From Oscillospiraceae bacterium (lineage in GTDB: Bacteria > Bacillota > Clostridia > Oscillospirales > Ruminococcaceae): 64,000 nucleotides of DNA. A program made the translations under genes and the position numbers. The stretch spans positions 20,301-84,300 of the forward strand of contig CADASU010000005.1 in NCBI GenBank assembly GCA_902790675.1, read 5' to 3'. The notes beneath the pieces are model-generated. The model searched no databases and was not told where the DNA came from. It saw only the letters and a list, made by a program, of their open reading frames with translations. Positions 52,453 through 59,102 of this stretch are shown here, one piece after another. Every line of letters begins with the position of its first letter. The stretch's first letter is position 1.

Positions 52453-53385
52453 TTAATTAGCGCCTCCTGTCAATTGTATCGCAGAAACAAAACCTCCAGC
52501 ATCCCCACAAATGATTAAACTATCTTTAGTCAACTTATTTTTATAATTTGACAAGCATCTTCCAAGATCAATAATAGGAGTTATTGAAAACATATTTTTG
52601 TTAATTAATGGCTGAACTTCTATATCGTCCTTTTCCAGCTGATTTAATATATCGTTTGCTATGTCAAAATCTCCAGACAAATAAATATCAACTGCTTTCA
52701 AGTCAGCGTCAAAAGCTTTCTCCAATGAACAAATACACTCTTTTGCACTAACATGACCTAAATATCTTGAATAACAATTTTTAATATAACAAATAGGCTG
52801 CTGCTCTGATTTTTCTTTTTCATAACTATTTATAAAAACAATAGAAGAACCTATTTCTTCTGTAGCACAAGCCAATATCTGAGTTGAATTTTTATATTTT
52901 ATATTATAGTAAGCATCTATAATCGCATTCAAGCCAGAATGAACCCCTTCAGATAGCGCATAAACTTTACCTCTAAATTGATTCCAAATGCACAATCTAC
53001 TTACAACAGCATTTCCAACAGTATTTGTAAAAGACGTAGGATTTACAAAATTAGCACCCTTTTCTTCAATTGACAAATTAAATTCAGCAGAAGGATAAAT
53101 AGCAGAAGAATAGCTTCCTGCTATTACTGACAAATTATGTCGATCTATGTCATCAAACATTCCCTTATCCTCAGCCAATTTCGCTGCTGCTTCTAAGGTT
53201 AGCGATTGCCTGTCCACAAGTCGCGTGTTTAAATTTCCCAATGACTGCGTCAATTTCTCTATTGAGCAAAAGTTTATATTTCCAGATTTTTCATTTACTT
53301 TTCTTACAAAATCATGTGTCTGCATGTAATTAAATCCAAAGTCTTCGATATAATAAAAAGCTGAATAAATTGCAATTTTCTCCAT
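52453..53385 (-). CDS. Ketosynthase-like protein lacking the catalytic Cys/His/His (chain-length-factor-like partner)
   Basis: 310 aa. The region DRHNLSVIAGSYSS...FVNPTSFTNTVGNAVVSRLCIWNQFRGKVYALSEGVHSGLNAIIDAY aligns by eye to the KS N-terminal domain, but the active-site Cys position is SEG and no HGTGT or GH.LG motifs are present. It is translationally coupled on both sides (gaps of 4 and 2 nt). Confidence 0.55.
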   Translation of the reverse strand: MEKIAIYSAFYYIEDFGFNYMQTHDFVRKVNEKSGNINFCSIEKLTQSLGNLNTRLVDRQSLTLEAAAKLAEDKGMFDDIDRHNLSVIAGSYSSAIYPSAEFNLSIEEKGANFVNPTSFTNTVGNAVVSRLCIWNQFRGKVYALSEGVHSGLNAIIDAYYNIKYKNSTQILACATEEIGSSIVFINSYEKEKSEQQPICYIKNCYSRYLGHVSAKECICSLEKAFDADLKAVDIYLSGDFDIANDILNQLEKDDIEVQPLINKNMFSITPIIDLGRCLSNYKNKLTKDSLIICGDAGGFVSAIQLTGGAN

Positions 53386-53389
53386 TTTA

Positions 53390-54640
53390 TCATACCTCCT
53401 TGTATCTAGAAATAACTAAGCTTGAATTATTTCCACCAAACGCAAAAGAGTTTGAAAGTATATTATCTATTTTCATTTCTCGGCTAACATTAGGAACACA
53501 ATCTACTGGACAATCTTCATCTGGTTCTTCGAAGTTAGCTGTTGGAGTAATCATATTATTTTGAATCATTAAAACACAAGCAACTGCCTCAATAGCTGCT
53601 GACGCTCCTAATGAATGCCCTATCATAGACTTTATAGAACTAACCGGAGGAATCTTATCTCCAAATACAGAGCATATTGCTTTGGACTCTATTTTGTCAT
53701 TCAATTTTGTACCCGTGCCGTGCGCAGAAATATAATCTATATCTTCAGGAGAAATTTGTGATTTTTGTAAAGCTTCTTTCATTGAAGAAATTGGTCCTGA
53801 TGAGTCTGGTCTTGGTGCTGTAATGTGGTAGGCATCTATGCTTAAACCATATCCTTTAATTTCTCCATATATATGTGCTTTTCTCCTTAAGGCTGATTCC
53901 AAATCTTCCAAGATTAAAATTCCACAGCCTTCACTTACAACCAAACCTTTTCGATTTTTATCAAAAGGTCTACACACGTCACTAGTAAGAGAAAGTAATC
54001 TATTAAACCCAATTAAAGCAGTTAGTGAAAAAGAATCCACTCCACCCACTATGGCTACTTGGGCATCACCATGTTTTATCCTATCATATCCCCAGCCTAT
54101 CGAATAGTTTCCTGCTGCACAAGCATTCAAAAAAAGACGTGATTCCATATTTTTAAAATTAAAATATTTACAAACTGTAGATAGAATATCTCCAGGATAT
54201 AAATTTTTAATAGCATTATTACATAAATTCTGATCTTTACTTTGCAATAAATTTTGAAACAAATTATAATTTATTTGATAATCTGCTTTTTGTGAGCTCT
54301 TACCCATGGTACTTCCTAAAGAAATTACCATTTTATTGCTTATATCATCTAGGTTTAGTTTACTATCTTCTAACGCCATATTAATCGACTTTATTGTCAT
54401 CTTTTCCGATCTATCTATTTCCGCAAATTTTATGCCATTTCGATCTGCTAAATAATGCGATTTGTTAAAGTCTTTGATTTCTCCAGATATTTTAACCCTT
54501 AAGTCATTAAAAGAATCGAAAGAAGTTGGCCCAGTAAAAACTTTACCATTTGATATATTTTCCCAAAAGGCATCCTTTCCAATGCTTCCCGGCGCCATGA
54601 CTTCAATACCAGTTACTACAACTCGATTCAAACTATTCAC
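53390..54640 (-). CDS. Beta-ketoacyl-ACP synthase (FabF/KAS II-like)
   Basis: RVVVTGIEVMAPG N-terminus, NACAAG active-site Cys, AHGTGT and GHSLGASA His motifs, NSFAFGGNNSSL C-terminus. The start is ambiguous (GTG 54640 or TTG 54631). A 6-codon mini-ORF (ATG AAA AAA GAG GGT GAA TAG) with its own GGAGGA overlaps the start. Confidence 0.85.
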   Translation of the reverse strand: MNSLNRVVVTGIEVMAPGSIGKDAFWENISNGKVFTGPTSFDSFNDLRVKISGEIKDFNKSHYLADRNGIKFAEIDRSEKMTIKSINMALEDSKLNLDDISNKMVISLGSTMGKSSQKADYQINYNLFQNLLQSKDQNLCNNAIKNLYPGDILSTVCKYFNFKNMESRLFLNACAAGNYSIGWGYDRIKHGDAQVAIVGGVDSFSLTALIGFNRLLSLTSDVCRPFDKNRKGLVVSEGCGILILEDLESALRRKAHIYGEIKGYGLSIDAYHITAPRPDSSGPISSMKEALQKSQISPEDIDYISAHGTGTKLNDKIESKAICSVFGDKIPPVSSIKSMIGHSLGASAAIEAVACVLMIQNNMITPTANFEEPDEDCPVDCVPNVSREMKIDNILSNSFAFGGNNSSLVISRYKEV

Positions 54641-54692
54641 CCTCTTTTTTCATAATTTATGTAAATCCTCCATTTTTAAAGCTACTGTAAAC

Positions 54693-54721
54693 ATTTTAAG
54701 CATTATTTTTATATAAGTCAA
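54693..54721 (-). promoter_or_regulatory. Sigma-A-type promoter for the KS operon
   Basis: The minus strand reads TTGACT (plus 54716-54721), a 17-nt spacer, then TAAAAT (plus 54693-54698). Confidence 0.55.
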
Positions 54722-54755
54722 GTAAAAACAATATATTTCGATAATTATGTACTAA

Positions 54756-54784
54756 TTGAAAATAAATTATTATAGTGTTATAAT
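54756..54784 (+). promoter_or_regulatory. Sigma-A-type promoter for fabG-like/GNAT genes (divergent from the KS promoter)
   Basis: TTGAAA (54756-54761), a 17-nt spacer ending in TGT, then TATAAT (54779-54784). Confidence 0.55.
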
Positions 54785-54818
54785 TTACTAAAATATAAAT
54801 AGGAGGTTGTAGAAAAGT

Positions 54819-55559
54819 ATGTCAAGATTAGATGGTAAAATAGCTGTTGTTACTGGTGGATCTAGAGGTATTGGAAAAGCTATTTGCTTAAAATTAGCTG
54901 AACATGGAGCCAATGTTTCTTTTGTTTATGCCAACAATAAAGAAAAAGCTGATTCTACTATTAAAGAATTGTCTAATTTTAATAATGATGGTTCAGCTTA
55001 CAAATGCGATGTGGCTGACGATTTAGCAGTAAAAGACCTAGTAAACAAAATAATAGGCAAATACGGAAAAATAGATATACTAGTAAATAATGCGGGCATT
55101 ACAGATGATAAGTTAGCTTTCAATATGGACTATAATTGTTTTAACAAAGTTATTCAAACTAATTTATTAGGCACTTTTAATATGATACACCACTGCTATA
55201 TGAATTTTATAAAAAATAATGGCGGAAGAATAATAAATATATCATCCGTGGTTGGCCTAAATGGAAATATAGGACAATCTAACTATGCAGCCTCTAAAGC
55301 CGGAATAATTGGTTTAACTAAATCTATAGCAAAAGAACTTGGTCGCAAAAATGTAACATGTAATGTAGTAGCACCAGGTTTTATAGAAACCGAAATGACA
55401 AGTAGTTTAAAAAATCCAGACAATATTCTACGTAACATACCCTTAAATAGATTTGGATCAGCTGAAGATGTTGCTGATGCTGCTTTATTTCTTGCTTCAG
55501 ATGAAGCTAAATATATAACAGGTTCAATTATAAAAGTTGATGGTGGATTAATTTTATAA
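54819..55559 (+). CDS. 3-oxoacyl-ACP reductase (FabG-like SDR)
   Basis: VVTGGSRGIGKAI, NNAGIT and the YAASKAG (YxxxK) catalytic motif; 246 aa. Confidence 0.85.
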   Translation: MSRLDGKIAVVTGGSRGIGKAICLKLAEHGANVSFVYANNKEKADSTIKELSNFNNDGSAYKCDVADDLAVKDLVNKIIGKYGKIDILVNNAGITDDKLAFNMDYNCFNKVIQTNLLGTFNMIHHCYMNFIKNNGGRIINISSVVGLNGNIGQSNYAASKAGIIGLTKSIAKELGRKNVTCNVVAPGFIETEMTSSLKNPDNILRNIPLNRFGSAEDVADAALFLASDEAKYITGSIIKVDGGLIL

Positions 55560-55609
55560 AAATTCAACTCTTAATTTTTAATATTTATTAACTTAAAGGG
55601 GGAATATAC

Positions 55610-56494
55610 TTGATTAAAATATCTAAAATTTGCACAAAAGACGATATTGCTTTGTTTAAACGCTTTATAAATGAATATATACCTTTTTCTGATGACAGTT
55701 TATGGCTTGGCGCCACTATTAACGGAATTCCATGTGGAGTCTTATTTGCAGATATTATAAGTGAAGATTCTAAAATTGGGGATATACAATTTTTATTTGT
55801 ACATCCTATAACAAGACGTATGGGTGTAGCTACAAAACTTTTAAATACATTTATTGAAGAAGCAAAAAAATTAAAGTGTAAAAAAGTTATTATTAAATCT
55901 GTAAAAGATATGAAAACAATAAATGAAATAAGTCCTTTTTTTAAAAATTACGGATTTGATCCTGTAGAAATTGAAGCAAATATTTATACTATTACACCCC
56001 AATATTTTCATGAGAGTGGTAAAATTGAAGAATTTGCCAATAGAAAAATAATAATTCCCCCAAATATAAAGATATATCCATCAGATGAAATAGATAAAAG
56101 TTTACTTGATTCTTTAAAAGCAAAAAGCGATATAGATTATTTAAAAATATACGATCCTTTTCCAGAAAATGATAAATTTAAATTAAAGCACATTAATACG
56201 CTTTTTGCAGTTTACAATTCCAATGAAATAGTAGGCTGGATGGTGGGCTTAGACGCATTTGGAGAATCTATTTATTATAAAACGCTCTTTGTAAAAGAAA
56301 AATATAGACATTTATATTTAGGATTAATTTTGCAAAACATGTGCTTAAAGAATCATATGACAAAATATCTCGATAGGTCTGTACTTCTGGGTATATCTAT
56401 AAGGAATGATCGTGCTTTAAAATTCTTTTCAATATATTCTAAGGGAATAAATAAAGATATAAATTACGAATTTAATTTTACCAAAAATTTATAA
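55610..56494 (+). CDS. Two-domain GNAT-family acyltransferase (candidate peptide N-acyltransferase)
   Basis: The N-terminal domain has a classic GNAT motif A, IQFLFVHPITRRMGVATKLLNTFIEEAKKLKCKKVII...FFKNYGF. The C-terminal half repeats a GNAT-like pattern (VGWMVGLD...LFVKEKYRHLYLGLILQNMCL...ALKFFS). TTG start after AAGGGGGA. Confidence 0.65.
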   Translation: MIKISKICTKDDIALFKRFINEYIPFSDDSLWLGATINGIPCGVLFADIISEDSKIGDIQFLFVHPITRRMGVATKLLNTFIEEAKKLKCKKVIIKSVKDMKTINEISPFFKNYGFDPVEIEANIYTITPQYFHESGKIEEFANRKIIIPPNIKIYPSDEIDKSLLDSLKAKSDIDYLKIYDPFPENDKFKLKHINTLFAVYNSNEIVGWMVGLDAFGESIYYKTLFVKEKYRHLYLGLILQNMCLKNHMTKYLDRSVLLGISIRNDRALKFFSIYSKGINKDINYEFNFTKNL

Positions 56495-56735
56495 AATCAT
56501 TTCAACAAAAACTATCAACTCATATTGCTTTTTGTCCACAATATATTATATATATATATTAGTAAGTTATTTGTTCATGTTTTGTGCATATAATGTTTTT
56601 ATAAGTCATTAGTGAATACGGAATACTATCTATAACATAAAAAAGCAAAAACATGTAAAACTATAGATCAATTTAAAAAATCAATAATATTTGTTAATAT
56701 AATTTTAATAATTTTATGAAATTATTAAAATTATA

Positions 56736-56765
56736 TTGACTTATATTGTTTATTTAGTATATAAT
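56736..56765 (+). promoter_or_regulatory. Sigma-A-type promoter for precursor genes
   Basis: TTGACT (56736-56741), an 18-nt spacer, then TATAAT (56760-56765). It is followed by a short inverted repeat ATTGATGGG-TTTA-CTCATCAAT. Confidence 0.55.
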
Positions 56766-56850
56766 ATATATTGATGGGTTTACTCATCAATGTGTATGCA
56801 ACTAGTGTTTTTTATCAACAATTAATGAACGTGAAAAGGGGAGATTATCT

Positions 56851-57132
56851 ATGACATTTAAGGAATTTTTAGAAAAACGCCCAGAAGACGTTAAAAAAGC
56901 AAAAGCATGCAAAACTATAGAGGAATTTAAAAAAATGGTAGATGGCTTTGGAATTTCTTATAAAGGAGATGCCGAGCTGCACGAAGCATTTGATATTGTT
57001 AAAAACAAATTATCAAATGAAGATTTAGATAATGTTGCAGGTGGCGCTTCTTACAAGCATAGAGGAGATCATGTGTATTACAACAAATTCAACAGCGATG
57101 TAATCACTGAGGGTACAGGTAAAAAAATATAA
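56851..57132 (+). CDS. RiPP precursor peptide 1, Nif11-like leader with double-glycine site
   Basis: 93 aa. The 65-aa leader is MTFKEFLEKRPEDVKKAKACKTIEEFKKMVDGFGISYKGDAELHEAFDIVKNKLSNEDLDNVAGG. It parallels the Nif11-type leader layout (..L.AF..K...D..L...LKA......v.iAK.aGF.It..eL....LSDeELE.VAGG). The core is ASYKHRGDHVYYNKFNSDVITEGTGKKI. Good RBS (AAGGGGAG, 7 nt). Confidence 0.78.
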   Translation: MTFKEFLEKRPEDVKKAKACKTIEEFKKMVDGFGISYKGDAELHEAFDIVKNKLSNEDLDNVAGGASYKHRGDHVYYNKFNSDVITEGTGKKI

Positions 57133-57190
57133 TAAATTTAAAAATTGAAACTAATAAGAAACATTAGATTGCATTTGGTCTCACGGAAAA

Positions 57191-57232
57191 CATAAGCCAG
57201 CTGCTGACTGCGAAATCAACAGCTGGCTTATG
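57191..57232 (+). promoter_or_regulatory. GC-rich stem-loop between the two precursor genes
   Basis: Perfect 13-bp stem CATAAGCCAGCTG (57191-57203) / CAGCTGGCTTATG (57220-57232) with a 16-nt loop. No T-run follows on the plus strand. Confidence 0.5.
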
Positions 57233-57367
57233 TGCAAAAAAACAACCAGTATATTTTCAACCCAATTTTAAACACCTTTATCTTTTTACAAATCCAATAA
57301 ATGGAGTTATTCTTCATGCTGTTGCTGTATGAAAAATAAAAAACGTAAAGAAAAGGAGGAATTCTTT

Positions 57368-57655
57368 ATGACGTTTAAAGAGTTTTTAGAAAAACGCCCA
57401 GAGGACGTAAAAAAAGCAAAAGCATGCAAAAATCTAGATGAGTTCAAAAAAATGGTAGATGGCTTTGGAATTTCTTATAAAGGAGATTCTGAATTACAAC
57501 AAGCATATGATTTGATTAAAAATAGCCAAAACCAGTTGTCAGACGATGACTTAAATAATGTTGCAGGTGGCGCTAGACTTCATAGAAAAGGAAGCGCGTT
57601 TCACAATAAAGACACCGGCGAAACCATAACTTTAGATTCAGGTAAAAAAGTATAA
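57368..57655 (+). CDS. RiPP precursor peptide 2, Nif11-like leader with double-glycine site
   Basis: 95 aa from ATG 57368 (AAAGGAGGA, 7 nt). The track start at 57329 adds an unlikely MKNKKRKEKEEFF extension that covers the RBS. The leader is MTFKEFLEKRPEDVKKAKACKNLDEFKKMVDGFGISYKGDSELQQAYDLIKNSQNQLSDDDLNNVAGG. The core is ARLHRKGSAFHNKDTGETITLDSGKKV. Confidence 0.78.
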   Translation: MTFKEFLEKRPEDVKKAKACKNLDEFKKMVDGFGISYKGDSELQQAYDLIKNSQNQLSDDDLNNVAGGARLHRKGSAFHNKDTGETITLDSGKKV

Positions 57656-57710
57656 TAATTTTAAAAATAAAGACAAACAAAGAAACTCTACGTTGCATTT
57701 GTTTCTTTGA

Positions 57711-57753
57711 AAAAAATTAGTTGTTGACTATTTTGTCAACAACTAATTTTTTT
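57711..57753 (+). terminator. Rho-independent terminator after precursor 2
   Basis: AAAAAATTAGTTGTTGAC (57711-57728), loop TATTTT, GTCAACAACTAATTTTTT (57735-57752). The stem is perfect and runs into a T tract. Confidence 0.8.
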
Positions 57754-58072
57754 CATAAGTTGCCAACAAAACAAAGTTCTTAATGTTTTTTAGTCTGATA
57801 TAATAAGATCAGTTGTTATAACTGCACATAAAAAATTTTGAGAATGTATTTACAAACTGCAAAAACATGATTTATCTTTATGTATTGTTTTAAAATAAAT
57901 ATATATCAATTCATTATAATCTAAATTTTTTAATAAAATTATTATTTGACGAATTATCTGGCGTTTGTAAATATAAACATTATTAAACACAAAAAATATA
58001 TCTATATGTACAATAAAACTAAAAAATTAAACTTTTCTTGCATACATTACTTAAAAAGCCTATTATTAAATC

Positions 58073-58122
58073 ATTAGTTATTATTTCATATCCATGTTTA
58101 TTAGTATGAAATAATAACTAAT
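58073..58122. repeat. Perfect 18-bp inverted repeat just upstream of dtd
   Basis: ATTAGTTATTATTTCATA (58073-58090), a 14-nt spacer, then TATGAAATAATAACTAAT (58105-58122). Confidence 0.7.
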
Positions 58123-58148
58123 AGTTTAACAATTGAAGGAGTTTTAAT

Positions 58149-58586
58149 ATGAAATTAGTTATTCAGCGTGTAAGCAAAGCTAGTGTAAAAGTAAATGATA
58201 AAGAAATATCAAAAATAGGAAAAGGATATTTAGTGTTAATTGGAGTAAATAATACAGATACAAAGTCCAATGCTGACTATTTAATTAATAAACTCATAAA
58301 ATTAAGACTTTTTGAAGATGAGAATGAAAAACTAAATTTATCACTAAAAGATATAAATGGTGAATTACTTTTAGTTTCACAATTTACACTCTATGCTGAC
58401 TGCTCACATGGAAATAGACCATCTTTCAAAGAAGCTGCCAAAGCATCTTATGCAAAAGATATATATGACTATTTTGTAGAGCAGTGCAAAAATATACTTC
58501 CTGTTGTTAAAGAAGGAATTTTTGGCAGTAACATGGAAATAAATTTAGTAAACGATGGACCTGTTACAATAATTATAGAAAAATAA
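58149..58586 (+). CDS. dtd: D-aminoacyl-tRNA deacylase
   Basis: MKLVIQRV N-terminus, SQFTLYAD and NDGPVT motifs; 145 aa. Confidence 0.9.
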   Translation: MKLVIQRVSKASVKVNDKEISKIGKGYLVLIGVNNTDTKSNADYLINKLIKLRLFEDENEKLNLSLKDINGELLLVSQFTLYADCSHGNRPSFKEAAKASYAKDIYDYFVEQCKNILPVVKEGIFGSNMEINLVNDGPVTIIIEK

Positions 58587-58988
58587 AAAATTAGTAAATG
58601 CTAAAGCTTCCCTTTTTCCGCGATAATTTAAACAGAGCATCTTAATTTGGCAATGTGCTGCTGTGCCGAATTTAACATAACATGTTCATAATTAAGTAGC
58701 TCTTTAATCATTTAAAAATATCTCCCCCCTACTTTTTTGTAGATAAAATAATAACTTTATTAAAAAATATGTTAGTTGTTTTTACATAAAAATCAGTCTG
58801 TTCATAAGCATCTTCAATAGTAGCGTCTTAGAAATTAATTTTTTGCAATTAAATGTTAACATAATTTTTTCAAAAAATTCATAATTTGTTTACAATTGCA
58901 TGATAATATACCTATGTTTATTATATAAATTGTTTTATGCTATTATACTGGTATTATTTTAAAATTGTTCAGCTTACGCAAGTTTTTA

Positions 58989-59010
58989 TTTCTTACAAAA
59001 TTGTAAGAAA
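58989..59010. promoter_or_regulatory. 22-bp palindrome (candidate operator) upstream of the toxin-like gene
   Basis: TTTCTTACAA-AA-TTGTAAGAAA, two perfect 10-bp arms. A third related half-site ATGTAAGATA lies about 20 nt downstream. Confidence 0.4.
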
Positions 59011-59102
59011 ACACAAAATAATGTAAGATAATAACATAGCATTTGTGATAACATTTTAATATAATAAATGTAATTTTATATATTTAAAGGAGAAAATTTA
59101 AA

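Noticed and set aside
56541-56560. Short (AT)n-like run (ATATATTATATATATATATT) downstream of the GNAT gene.
   Set aside because: It is simple low-complexity sequence in an AT-rich spacer. It is too short and irregular to call a microsatellite or regulatory repeat.
57329-57367. N-terminal extension MKNKKRKEKEEFF on precursor 2.
   Set aside because: The extension contains the AAAGGAGGA RBS that serves ATG 57368. The paralog starts at the homologous MTFKEFLEK.
58628-58711. 27-codon minus-strand ORF (MIKELLNYEHVMLNSAQQHIAKLRCSV) with a GGGGGGAG upstream, in the non-coding stretch after dtd.
   Set aside because: It is too short, has no recognisable family and no partner gene. It could be a gene remnant or chance. 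It may be worth a look only if it is conserved in relatives.
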